From positions 26,412,001-26,476,000 of the forward strand of contig NC_043008.1 in the NCBI RefSeq assembly GCF_006345805.1: 64,000 nt of DNA, in the 5' to 3' direction. The stretch is from Octopus sinensis. Its lineage: Eukaryota. The position numbers and the translations under genes were made by a program. This document shows, piece by piece, positions 50,290 to 63,239 of the stretch (position 1 is the stretch's first letter; the number at the start of each line of letters is the position of its first letter). The notes below the pieces were generated by a model, which ran no database searches, was not told where the DNA came from, and saw nothing but the letters and a program-made list of their open reading frames with translations.

Positions 50290-51390
50290 CATACACACAC
50301 CTAACCCGGGAACCTAAAACTATGACCCATTGTAGCTGGCCCAGCCTGTGAAACACACAGATTAAGTCTATTTATGGACATCCTCCTGAAACCCTTCCTC
50401 AAACACATCGATAGTCATATCAGAGATGACTTGGATATGTTAAACCACCTTCCCAAAAAAGTCAAGGAAGAAACAATCATGGTTTCATTTGATGTAGTTA
50501 ATTTATATACCAGTATACCTCATAATTATGGACTAGAGGCAATACAGTTCTGGCTGGACCAATTTCCGGAAGAAATACCAAAAAGAATCAGTAAAAAATT
50601 CATTACTAAATCGGTTGAATTCATCCTACAAAATAACCACTTCATGTTTGACAATACGTTTTACCTTCAAAAATCTGGAATTGCTATGGGTACAAGGGCA
50701 GCACCAGTCATTGCGAACCTAACAATAGGCTACCTGGAAATAGTTATATACCAGGAATCTTTATCGACCCCTTTCTCAATACATAAAAGAGAATTGGAAA
50801 AGATTCTTGGACGACTGTTTTATACTCTGGAATGAAAACACAAACTCCTAAAATTCAAAAACCTATTGAACAGCATAAACCCAAATATACAGTTCACAAT
50901 GGTGTACAACCAAAAGGAGCTTCCATTCTTAGATATACTGATTAAGAAAATTAACCTAAAAATAGAAACAGACATATTTTACAAAGCCACAGACACCAAA
51001 CAATACCTACTTTTTGATTCATGCCACCCAAGACACACTAAAACAAACGTCACTTTCAACCTTGCAAGAAGGATATGCACAATAGTGTCAGAACAAAATA
51101 CCAGGAACTTTAGACTACAAGAATTCAAAAACACCCTAATTGACAGACACTATCCAGTTCAACTCATAGAGGATGGGATCAGATGTGCAACAGAAATAGA
51201 CATAGAAACTTTGAGAAAAGTTCAACACAACAACACATCTTCCCCAAAAATACTGCCTTACATATCCACACGCAACCCCAGAAACAAAGAAGCCTTCACC
51301 ATCATCACCCAGAATTTACCAATACTTCATAAGGACCCCAAATTAAAGGAAATACTGCGTGCAGGCGCATATACAATCAGCAATAAATAA
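50290..51390 (+). mobile_element. Penelope-like element RT fragment (5'- and 3'-truncated)
   Basis: PIVAGPACETHRLS, SFDVVNLYTSIPH, GIAMGTRAAPV, LPFLDIL, TDIFYKATDTKQYL...HP.H.K, ILPYISTRNP; no GIY-YIG domain present. Confidence 0.92.
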
Positions 51391-51429
51391 AATGCCGAGC
51401 TGAATCTTCGAGAATGCTAAGAACATATT

Positions 51430-52009
51430 CATAAGTTACATCTATAGGGTGGTGAATATTCGTTATAAATATCACCACCAGTGGCCTAGCATGTATAAAT
51501 AGTCAATAGACAACATATTCATATTTTAAAATAGAAAATTACCCTTTAACAGGTAATTTTACATGCTACAAATAGCAGACAACACACGCAGTATTTTGAA
51601 AAATTATAACATATAATGATGGGACACGTGTTATCTTGTCTCTGAATTATAAGTTAGTTGTTGAGGCCGGTTACTGATGAGAATTCGCCTGGTGGATAAT
51701 ATTGTTTTGCCATATTACCTATTAAAGGATGGCGAATAATATTGTTTGCTGGAGAAATTCAAAACCATGGTATAACCGTTAAATAACGAGGTAAATTTTT
51801 TAAATTTTTCTTTTACTTTGAAATGTGTTATTAAATTGTGGTTTTGGCCGTGTTGGCTGCTATTTCTAGCATGTAAAAATTACCTGTTAAAAAGTAATTT
51901 TCTATTTTAAAATATGAATATGTTGTCTATTGACTATTTATACATGCTAGGCCACTGGTGGTGATATTTATAACGAATAATATTCACCACCCTATAGATG
52001 TAACTTATG
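51430..52009. mobile_element. Fold-back element with ~160 bp inverted arms, ending in (TA)n
   Basis: 51430-51588 is the near-perfect reverse complement of 51849-52009. Confidence 0.92.
51668..51778 (+). ncRNA. Type I hammerhead ribozyme with long GU-rich stem II and a single core substitution (G12A)
   Basis: CGGTTA-CTGATGA (51674-51680)-GAATT...AATTC-AAAA (51761-51764)-CCATGG-T-A-TAACCG. Perfect 6 bp stem I, palindromic ACCATGGT stem III, GUA triplet. Confidence 0.85.
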
Positions 52010-52043
<34 letters not shown>

Positions 52044-52339
52044 TTATAGACTGATAGATAAATAGATTGATAAATAGATAAATAGATAGAAGTAAATTCA
52101 CACAGATTCCCACACACACACATATATATACACACAGGGAGCACAGTGTGTGTATATAGAATTTTTTGTAGTATTCCCATTGTATTTGTATGTATATATA
52201 AATTTTAGATATATGTAGTAGAATAAGAAATAGAAAGTCCTTGGTACACTATCATATATTTGAAAATAATGAATAGAAATGACTTTTCCCACTTTAATAA
52301 TTAGATTGTGACGTATATTTGCCATTTAAATATGGCTAA

Positions 52340-52620
52340 CCCCTAATGGTGGATGCTACTGTACTTTGTAGCCCCAGGAGGACACCTCCTCCAGCTGGCT
52401 ATAGACACACTTTCTGTGCCCTATCAGTATTTGCAAAGAGAAGCCATCCTTCCCGTCTCCAACTTATGATACACACGGACTCGAGTTTCTGGGTATTGAC
52501 CTGTCATCGGCATGTGACAATTACAGTTGTCGATGAAAAGTAGGTTCCCTTCACAAATACATATACTTTTTCCAGTATCGTAAAGACACTGATATCGAAA
52601 AAGTGTAAACAAGCAATAAT
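52340..52620 (-). repeat. GC-richer non-coding repeat carrying an HHR
   Basis: Compositionally distinct block containing the HHR at 52472-52516; boundaries approximate. Confidence 0.45.
52472..52516 (-). ncRNA. Minimal type I hammerhead ribozyme
   Basis: Minus strand: CACATG-CCGATGA-CAGGT-CAAT-ACCCA-GAAA-CTCGAG-T-C-CGTGTG. 6 bp stem I, palindromic ACTCGAGT, GUC triplet, U4C; stem II base mismatched. Confidence 0.75.
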
Positions 52621-52665
52621 AAATCTTAGAGTGAGTTATAAACAGTAGCTTCAATAATTAAATGT

Positions 52666-52716
52666 TTATAAGTTATTTGGGGTTTACACCTTTTGTAAAC
52701 CCCTAATAACTTATAA
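52666..52716. other. Hairpin: 12 bp, T:T mismatch, 10 bp, 5 nt loop
   Basis: TTATAAGTTATT-T-GGGGTTTACA-CCTTT-TGTAAACCCC-T-AATAACTTATAA. Confidence 0.85.
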
Positions 52717-53264
52717 CTAATTATTAATGTGGGAAAATTATCAGAAAAGTCATATCTATTCATTTTTTCTAATTAATATATATTAAATCAATGAAATTAC
52801 AACATAGTCAGATTTTTATGTTTTAGTTTTTATGTTTCACATTTTTATAATGTTGCATTTTATGATCATACAACTACTTTTATGCTCTCTGCAATCAATA
52901 ACTGACAGTTATGTTTCACAACTGATAACTGCTGTGAGTTGCTTGAATTTGTCCTTTAAATGCTTTCCAATAGATTCCAGCAAGCCGTATTTTACAAACA
53001 TTACTTTAACCAATCAGTGTGTGGCTTAGATATCATGGCCTGGTTAGCTCTGCTGACACAAGTAGCATTGACATTATCTTATTCGAAAAAACATTTCAAC
53101 CAATCAACCTTCAGCTTATCCAGTATGACTTGGTGAACATGCCAACATAATGGACATTGACAGTGCTTATTCCCAAATACATTTTAGTTAAGATCTTCTA
53201 TAAAGGATTCAGTGATATTAAAATGTTGAAAATCACTCGATACTAAGAACCTTGGGATTGTACC

Positions 53265-53530
53265 TAAAAAGTTCCCCTCTGGGGCAAAATTGGTTATGTA
53301 AGACCAGCAGTCACTCATGCATATCAGCCTCCTCTCTCTACACCTCTGATGTTAAACAAGGAAAAGAAAGAGGCTGATACAGCTTGGTACCATTGATGTT
53401 ACAACTCATTTCTACAGCGGAATGAACTGAAGCAACATGAAATGAAGTGTCTTGCAAGAACACAACACACAGCCTGGTCTGGGAATCAAACTCACTACTT
53501 CATGATTGTGAGCTCAATGTTCTAACCATT
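53265..53530 (-). mobile_element. tRNA-derived SINE, family C (V/Meta-like domain)
   Basis: Minus strand: CTAGCTCAATGGTTAGAAC...GAGTTTGATTCCCAGACC (A/B boxes), then GTGTTGTGTTCTTGCAAGACACTT...GCTGTAGAAATGAG. Confidence 0.7.
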
Positions 53531-53699
53531 GAGCTAGTATTCCTGCCTTCAATGAATTTAATATTACTGCTAAAATTCCTAGCATTAATTATTACTATTA
53601 TTACTATTAACATCATTATTATTATTGTCCATGTAAATGGGTTTGAATTTCTCTATAAAATTTATTTCACTCACTGTTCTTTCATCTTCATTTGAGTTG

Positions 53700-55000
53700 T
53701 ACATTTTGAAAAATGAGAATATTATGAACATTTTTGGATACCTATTCCTAAATGACTGCTTAATAGAATCTGGCAAACATCAGGGACCCTAATTTGCTGT
53801 TGATGTACTCATGAACGTTCTGATAATCACTTTCCTGTCTGGTCAATATATATCTCTTCAAAATTCAGGAGTTTGATGCAGCCGATTAATTTTCTGCTTT
53901 TACAGTTCATATTTGCTTTTGTAAATATTCTTCTGGTTTTTGGATGGATATATTGACTAGCATGCTTGAACTCACATGTACCATATTGATTGTCAGTGCA
54001 TTTGGATACTATGTATGTTTTATCATTGTTGTTTGAGTCAAATTTTGCCTTCTTTAATAATTGATTCAAATATTTTGGTTGTCTTTTAATTTGAATCAGT
54101 ATTTGATCAGTAATTATAGGTTTTAGTTTGTTACTTTGACCAATGATAGGCTAATTTAATTTGTTGATGTTAAAGTTATTTTGGTGATGTGGGTTTTGTG
54201 TCACTATAAATGGTATGTTTTGTTTTTGCATTCCTCTTTCTTGGTTTGCTCTAAGTTGTTCTGTAGGTATTTGTTTAGCACACATTGTACCATTTTCAAT
54301 AAGTAGGAGTAGGTGATTTCGTTTGAGTAGAAATCCTACGTTCTGTGAGACATCTGTCTCTAATATCTCCATTATCAACAATGTTAAAAATTATTCTGGC
54401 TAGACATTATTGGATATTCCATTTTGTATGTATTGGATGGCATGAGTTAAAGTTCAGGCACTGTTGAATATCTGTGTCTTTATAATACATATCAGTGATG
54501 ATAGTGATGTCATTTTTAATTACCATCACTTATATATATTTTTGGCATGCCATAAAATTTGCTTACTTTAGGTTCAAAATTGGTAAAATGCTATCTCTTT
54601 CACTCATAGTAAGGGAGATGTATTCTGAAACCAAGCTATTGAGCTTTTTCATGATGCAGGGATCTATATCACACTGTAAAATGCTGTATCCTTCGATTTA
54701 TTCTCAGCTAAATCCTGGTAATATTTGGCTTCCATTATGACAATGGCAACCACTTTGTCTGCTAGTTTGATGACTGTTGTGTTATCAGTTTGGAGATGTT
54801 TAAGTACAAACTTCTCTGATTTGGTAATATTTGGTCTGGCACTTCTATTATGCCTCAGTGGAAATTTGTAAAGGTTATCTATGTATTGGTCTAGATGAAT
54901 AAATATTTCTTCCTTTAAGTGGAGTGAAAGATACAGCTTGCTGGAGCATCCTAGAAAATACTTAAAGGACAAATTCAAGTATTCCACTACAGTTATCTAC
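53700..55000 (-). mobile_element. Penelope-like element of the same subfamily as 5650-8290, RT core deleted
   Basis: VIKLADKVVAIVIM, FYGMPKIY joined to VIKNDITIITDMYYK, IPFIVTQNP, ANMNCKSRKLI.CIK...YIDQTG. Confidence 0.85.
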
Positions 55001-56396
55001 TGTGAAACATAACTGTCAGTTAATAGTGCTGCTATATAAACCTAAGCATTGCAGAAAGTAGAAAAGCACTTTCTTGTAATATGTAACATTGTAAAATTAG
55101 GGAAGTGTGAAAAATACAAAAATAAAACATAAAAATCAGAATACATATAGGCATGAATATATTAGTTATATTAGTAATATCTTGTATTATGTATATTGCT
55201 GTATCTGTTTGATATTGAGATGAATTTCCATAAAGAGTCTGATGTCATAAAACAAAGCTATTGCATTTGACAATTCATTTTTATTAACTACTGCACTTTC
55301 TGTAGCATACGGTAGAATTTGCTTGTCCAAGAAATCTGTCATCACTGCTTCTACACATTCATGGTCTCATCCTCAGAAGGAAGAGGATGACATTGGTTTG
55401 TGTTCTTCTTACTTTGTTGATCTGAGACAATGGCATTATTTTTGACATCATTGCCAATATTAGAATATTCCCTGTTATACTTTATTAATTGTGCATTTTG
55501 TTTTATTTTATTTTTTATTTATTTTACAAAAGTATGTTATTTGTTTATTTATTTCAATATTGTGGTCTGCTACATGATTTGCCTCTACGACTTAATCTGG
55601 ATTGGCTTCTTTTTGTGAATTTGTGTGTGTGTGTGTTTGTGTGAGAGAGAGAAATAGAATGAGAGAGAGTGTGTGAGAGAGAAAGAGAATGAGAAAGAGT
55701 GGCAAAGTGAGGGAGAAATTCTGTAGATGAGATTTGTGTTTTTTACAGGCATTTAAAAATTTTGCTTGGTTTTACATTATGATTGCGGTATGTTGTAAGT
55801 GCTGTGGGAAAGTGTCATTCATGTGGTCAATATTGGAGTTTCAAATTTTTGCATGTCTTGTTATGTTTCTAATTTGTATCTTCTTTTCAAGTTCACAAGA
55901 TTGTTACTCTTGCAAGAAGTGCATGTTTGTAATTTTAGTTTATGGCGTGGCAATGAATTTTATGCTTTGTTTTATGAGTTCTATCTTATAATCAGCATGC
56001 ATGTGATTCATGCATCTTCTTAATAAGTGAAGTGTCTGATGTATTCATTGCATTCTATTTGTTTCTGTACTGTTATACAGCTTATTTGTATAACAATTGT
56101 TGATAAATGTTTATTTATTGTATTATTTAGTTTTCTGTAAGTAGTGCTGTGGATGTTGAAGAGGACTGTATTGAAAATATTTATGATGTCAATCATATCA
56201 CAAAATTAAATTACTCCAGCCACCTGCGATTCAGTTGGGCCTTAGATTTGTAGATCTCACCAGACCTAACCTCTAATTGCTTTGTATAAAGCCTTGCACT
56301 GCTTTCTTCCCTTCTTTCACTTAATCTCTCCTTCTAACAGCCCCTCACTTTGTGAATGATTGATATATTGTACTTATCAACATTGTACTTATCAAC

Positions 56397-56745
56397 ACTG
56401 TGTGGTTAAGAAGATCAATTCAAAATCATTTAAACATTGTGATTTTGTATTCTGTCACACTGTGCAAGGCATTAGCTAACCCAAGGCCTGCCAGTATTTT
56501 GTGAGTGGGCTTAATATAGGAAACTGCACAGAATCCAGTTACATATGTATAGGAGTTGTGTGTGTTAGTTTTTACATTTGTTCAAGTATTTGTTGCTCAC
56601 CACTTGACAGCTGGTATTGTTTAGTTTACATTCCTCTTGCTTGATATTTTGGCCAAAAGACGACTAATAGAATAAGTACTGGTCTCAAGATAAGTATTGG
56701 TGTGATTTAACCTTTCAAGAAAAATCATGAACATAACTAAAGTCC
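56397..56745 (+). mobile_element. SINE family A, degenerate
   Basis: CTGTGTGGTTAAGAAG head ... GAGTGGGCTTAATATAGGAAACTG ... TAGAATAAGTACT. Confidence 0.7.
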
Positions 56746-56816
56746 ATTGACTGATATACATAAAACAATGAAATTAAAAACCAAAATGCACACAACACAA
56801 TGTATGTATATATTGT

Positions 56817-56856
<40 letters not shown>

Positions 56857-58967
56857 GTGTGTGTATATATATATGTATATACATACACATATACATATAT
56901 ACATATATATGCATACACACACACATATAATGTGTATGTGTGTATGGTAGTATATGTACTGCCAAAACTATGGAGCTCATGCACACTCTAAATTTTATTG
57001 TAACAAAGCTTTTATATGGTTAATTTCCTGTGAGATTGATAAACTAAATCTTTATTTTCTATCCTTTTCCTGTTTCGTGTTATTTGCTATTAATGGTCAA
57101 GATGTCGGTTAGATGTAATTTCTGCTGCTTTCTATTTGTATCAAATAAACTTTGATTTAGCTAGCTTTCGTGCTTATTTTATCTTATTTATCATGAAGTT
57201 ATTCCAGCATGGAAAGCATATGCTAATTTTTTCATTTACATTTCTAATCTAGATATGACTGCCAAATTATCTTATGGGAACCTAACCGAACATAAACATT
57301 TACTAAGAAAACAGATTAAAACATTGCATTGGGATATAGCTTTGAAATGAAATTTAAACATTTAAATGACAAAACTAACTTTGACTTCTTTAATACTGAC
57401 AAAAAGAAATAACAGCAAGCATAAACTAGATGTGTAACAATGATAATTTCCCACAAGTTATGGAAAAATGTATAAGAAAGTTATGCAAGTCATCAGTTTG
57501 TAACAGAGTTGTTTCTGTGTTCGAATAAAACTATGTAAGAATGTAACTTGAGTAAAGTGCTACCAATTTTAGCATGTTACTAAATAAATATACAATGTGG
57601 AAAGTAAATGGAAGAGTTGCATCTGTGAGACATTGAGAAAATACATCAGAATGCTATATTAGAGCAAACATCATAATTTATTTGGGTTAGAATGAGTATA
57701 GAGAATTGTTGTATGTAGGAGTCAAGGAAGGCTTTTGGACTTACTATTACACAAATGGGTAGAAGCATACCGTGATAAAAGGTAGTAAGAAGTTTAAACA
57801 GGCAGGTTCTGTACATAGAGAATAATGGGATTCACTGTGTAGGCTTAATGTAATCCCGAAGTTTACAGCATTAAGTCAGTGAAATAACACAGCAGTTCAT
57901 TTTGAAGTAATGCCATCTGGGATAGTGTCCTTCCAAAGTCTCACATGAAAATAGTTATACTCTCACTGAAGTCTTCTGCTAACTGCCAGCTGACTGACTG
58001 GAACCAAATTCCCTTTTTTCAGGATGGATGACACTGTATTTATAGCTAACTATTGAAAAATGGCACAAAATACTGCTGAGTGGAAGCTGGAAGAAAATGG
58101 AGGAAAAATCTAGTAAATAAAGAGACACTGGATTGCTGTATGATTTTAGACTTTGTTTTAGTGATGAGGTGTAATATGATCGAAATATGTTTGGAGTTAA
58201 TAGCATTGCAATGCAAAAGTTCAAATTCATTCTTCATTGCATTTTGAGTGTAATTTCATTGAACTGAAATTTTTTGGTGTACCATATCAAGAAAGCTAGT
58301 CCAGTACCCACTTTACTATTTTAGATTGGACCGCTCAGACAGACACAAATGATTCCATTCTTTACATGAATATGTTGTGCATATGTTGCTGTAACTTTAA
58401 AACATCTTATAAGCAAAACGTAAGTATGAGTTGCTTTTTTTCTATAGTTTTGATAAAACAACAGCATCTAGACAATCGGCTTCCTTTCAAATAGCAAAAA
58501 AAATAAATATACTGAAATATATTAATAAAGATAAAACATTCTAGGTAGTCTGTTATTAATTCATGTTCAGTGGGGTTTTTGCAAAGCATTCATACAAACG
58601 AACAAAAACAAAAAAAGATTGGCTTCATAACATGAATTTACATATGGTCATTAATATATTATTAATGTATTCTTCTGGTCTGCAAGCAGCATTTCTTTGT
58701 CAATATATTGATATATGATTCTATGACAATGTTTTTTTAATGCAATATTTACCTTTTTAATTCAAATATATACATACACAAAGAGACCAGAAATGCAGAC
58801 ATAAAAATACACATAAGCATAACCATATACATATAAACACACACTTATACAGACATACCTACATACATACATGACATACATACATACAGATACACACACA
58901 CATGCATAAACACAAGTATATTGTGTATGTGCATGTATGTATATATATATAGACACACACATATACA

Positions 58968-59007
<40 letters not shown>

Positions 59008-59256
59008 CATGACCATCTATCTATATATGTATGTGATGATGGTGATTATATATATATATATAACACATATATGCATGTGTATACACACATATGCCTATAA
59101 ATGTGTGTATGTGTGTGTGTTGTATGAAAGAGGGGTTAAAATGCCCCCCTGCTATACAACAAAAACCATTTATTTCAGTACCAATTCGCATCAACAGTAT
59201 TGCAAAACAAATAAAGAATAAAGGATATCACTCACCCAACTGTCTCCTTTTCTTGC

Positions 59257-59303
<47 letters not shown>

Positions 59304-59641
59304 GTGTGTGTGTGTGTGTGTGCATGTATATAGTATACAATGTAAATATAAATATTCACATACATGCATAGATACATACATATACACTCACACACACACA
59401 TATATGTGTGCATCAGTATGTGTGTATGTGCATATATGTATATAGGTATGTGTCTTTGTATGTTTATGTGTGTGTGTACATTTATGTGAACACGAGAGTA
59501 CAAAAATGAACTCCAGCAAAATAATACTTTTACAGTATTAGTTGGAAAATATAGTTTTTCCTTATTCAGTATTTTTAATGTTATGATACAATTGTACTTC
59601 CAAATAGCCTGTTTCATTCTGAATTTTAACCACTTACATAA

Positions 59642-60047
59642 TACTCTTTACTCTTGAACTTGTTTCAGTCATTTGACTGCAGCCATGCTGGAGCACTGCC
59701 TTTTAGTCGAGCAAATCAACCTCAGTACTTATTCTTTGTAAGCCTAGTACTTATTCTGTCGGTCTCTTTTGTCAAACCGCTAAGTTACGGGGATGTAAAC
59801 ACACCAGCATCGGTTGTCAAGCGATGTTGGGGGGGGACAAACACAGACACACAAACACCTATATATATATATATACATATACATATATACGACAGGCTTC
59901 TTTCAGTCTCCATCTACCAAATCCACTCACAAGGCTTTGGTTAGCCCGAGGGTATAGTAGAAGATGTTTGCCCAAGGTGCCACACAGTGGGACTGAACCC
60001 AGAACCATGTGGTTGGTAAGCAAGCTACTTACCACACAGCCACTCCT
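59642..60047 (-). mobile_element. SINE family A
   Basis: Complete reverse-strand copy, closely similar to 6297-6749. Confidence 0.92.
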
Positions 60048-60319
60048 AGGAATGTTGATAATGCTTTTCAACAAGACATATGTACCACGGCTTTGCTTTA
60101 TATGCTTTAAAATATCTGATACATATTGGCATTCTTTTAAATTCGCTTATCTTTTTACTGGTTCCAGGCAATGGAACATTGCAATGCCGTAGCATATTTT
60201 CAAGAGATTTAATCAATCATTTTAATCCAATACTTATTGCACTGAACTCTACCACATGGCTAAGTTAGATTTCTTAAAAAGATGCAACTTGACACATATT
60301 CTTATATCATTTTATGCAA

Positions 60320-61050
60320 AAACAAAAATAGACACACACAAGCTATGGGTACACAAGAAGTGCAGTGGAATATCAGAAAAGTTAACAGAGAAAGAAGTGT
60401 TTGTATGTAGAAAATGTACAGGAGCCATAAAAACTACAGATAAGCAAGAATGATATTGTCAAATGTCCTGGAGGCTCTCTAGAAGTAGTAGATGATTTCT
60501 GCTACGTAGTATTGAAGATGATGTACTGAAAGTGTAATTGCTAGAATAAGAATAGGATGCAGAAAATTTAGAGAATTTTTTCTTCCATTGGCAACCAAAG
60601 GTCTCTTTCTCAGAGTGAAGATAAGACTGTATGATGCATGGGTACAAACTACACTGCTACATGATAGTGAGACATAAACACTGAATTCTGAAGACATGTG
60701 AAATTTAGAGAGATATAAAGCTTGTATGCTCGACTGGATGTACAAATATCAGAGTACGTGTTTGATAGAATGCAAGTATATTGAGAAAAGAGAAATTAAA
60801 TACCGTGTGCAAGAGAGGAGACTGTGCTGGTTTGGTCATGTGATGTGTATGGATGAGGACAGTCACATAAAGAAGTGCTAATCACTTAAACTGGAAAGAA
60901 GTTGCGGAGAGGCAGATCTTGGAAGAGATAGACAAAGTATTGAAGGCTGATCTCAAAATGCTGAGACTTATAAAGATGATAAAAGACCAAGATATATGGC
61001 ATATATATCTTGCTGTACTCAAGAAGATCCATCACACAACAGAATTTGTC
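60320..61050 (+). mobile_element. RTE LINE 3' fragment
   Basis: KLWVHKKCSGISEKL...FVCRKC, RLYDAWVQTTLLH, RRLCWFGHV. Confidence 0.82.
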
Positions 61051-61384
61051 CACAGCGGCTCTGCCCTGTCAACCTTCTCCCTTCATCTACATTTCATCAC
61101 TTCCTCTATCACCTGAGAGCAGAATGGGCACATACTACACCCACCTGGCTTTTTCAGTTACCTTTGCTCCACATTCATTTACTTTCTTCCTCCTCCTACT
61201 CTCTTAACCAACCACATCCTTTCTCTGTTTTATCTGTGCTTCCTGTGATGTTCTCCATCATCAACTCCTCACTTGCCTGCTATCACCCTGAATGCCTTTG
61301 AACCCTCTCCAATATTTCCCTTCATCCTTTGCTATAGTCACTTCACCCTACCCACTCATAGACACCACACCAAAACAGACAATA

Positions 61385-61480
61385 AAATCTGGTTAGCTCC
61401 TTGCCAGCTCATGTCAAATTATCCAGCCCATGCCAGCATGGAAAACTGATGTTAAATGATGATGATGAGGATGATGATAT
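61385..61480 (+). mobile_element. RTE 3' UTR fragment with (GAT)n tail
   Basis: GCCAGCTCATGTCAAATTATCCAGCCCATGCCAGCATGGAAAAC...TTAAATGATGATG. Confidence 0.65.
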
Positions 61481-61559
61481 ATGTTTATATATGTAAATTC
61501 ACACACATGAACACACATATATAAATATGTATGGATGTATATGTGTGTGGGTATATGTG

Positions 61560-62830
61560 TATGTGTGTACAGAAAGAGTCACAGCTCAACTAATTAGGAA
61601 AAGAGTTAACCTACATGAGATGCAGCATGGTTTTGTGCCAGGAAGAAGCATAACTGATGCTATCTTCCTAGTAAGGAAACTGCAGGAAAAGCATCTAGCA
61701 AAAGATAAACCAATGTATTTGGCTTTTGCAGACATGTAGAAATCTTTTGACAGAATCCCTCACTCACTCATCTGGTGCTTAATGTAGAAGCTAGGGGTAG
61801 ATGAGTGGCAGGTGAGAGCCATCCAAGCATGTACAGGGATGCTGTCAGTGAGTTGAAAGTTAGCATTGAATATAAATGACAAATTTATTATGCAGGTAGG
61901 AGTTCAGTGAAAAAAAAAAGAGATTCGATGATAGAGAAATTTCAGATGTGGGAGTATAGAAGCAAGGACTGGATTCTAAGGGTAAAAGGAAGTACTATTA
62001 AGCAAGAAAGCAGACAAATTACTAATCCCTTCAGGTCCTGCTTGATGTGTAATAAAGGTGTAAGCAGAAATTCCACACACTGTATCCAGTGCAAGCTATG
62101 GACACAAAAGAAGTGCAATGGAATCACAAGAAGGTTAAGAGAGAAAGTAGTCTTTGTGTGTAGTAGAAAAGCAGGCATACTAATAACTAAGAATGTACAG
62201 GAAATAGATTTGCTCAAATATCCAGTGGGACCCTCGGAGGCAGTAGATAACTTTTACTTACTAAGTGACCAAATTAGCAGCAGTGGAGGTTGCTCTGAAA
62301 GCATAGTTACCATAATAAGAACTAGCTGGACAAAGTTCAGAGAGCTGTTTTACCTTTGTTGGTTACAAAGGGCATCTTTTTCAGAGTGAGAAGTAGACTG
62401 TATAATGTCTGTGTACAGATGCTATGCTAGATAGCAGCAGAACATGGGCTGTGACTACAGAGGACATATAAAGGATTGTAAGAAATGAAGCTGGCATGCT
62501 CATCTGAATATACAATGTCAGTGTGTATATATGACAAAATGTAAATATTTTGAGAGAGAAATTGGTTATAAGGCGCATAAGTTTTAGTGTGCAAGAGAGA
62601 AGACTGTGATGGTATGGTCATGGGATGCATGTGGATGAGAATAGTTGTATAAAGAAACACCAATTTCTAAATGTGGAGGGAACCTTTGAAAGAGAAAGGC
62701 CCAGGAAAACATGGGATGAAATGGAGAGGAATGATCTTCAGATGTTGAGCTTCACAGAGGAGAGAACAAAGTATCAAGACAACTGGTGATATGCTGTGCT
62801 TGAGAAGACTAAGGCCAATAAAGTAAAATC
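61560..62830 (+). mobile_element. RTE LINE fragment with internal deletion in RT
   Basis: LHEMQHGFVPGRSITDAIFLVRKLQEKHL...YLAFADM, then C-terminal CIQCKLWTQKKC zinc finger and GRPRKTW. Confidence 0.85.
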
Positions 62831-63239
62831 CATGTCCATGTATCCCTCTTTCTCTCACAATCCACTGAGGCTCACTACCACAGTTTTTCCCCTCCCCTTC
62901 ATTTCCTCTCACACATCCATCTACCTGTCTGCACAAAATAAGCCCCTGTTAAATCCTATCCCTCTCCCCTACATCTAGCTCCCATTCTCTTTTTGAAATC
63001 TTGTGAATTGATCCACCTACCAACCAAATCTTATACCCAGTCCATTTCACTGTATACCCCACCCCTTAACTTGGATGTATGGCCCTTGCCCCAACTCTGT
63101 CACATCTTCGCCATCTTTCTCTCCTCTCTCTCTCTTTTCCATCAAAGGAAGTTTTGCCTCTCTTCTAATGCAAAACAACCTTTATTTCTCTCAATACTGT
63201 TCTCTACCCTAGTTGTGGAGTCTTGTCCAGCAAGTTACC

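Noticed and set aside
55370-55376. CTGAGGA on the minus strand near the PLE 5' end
   Set aside because: No stem II or GAAA partner.
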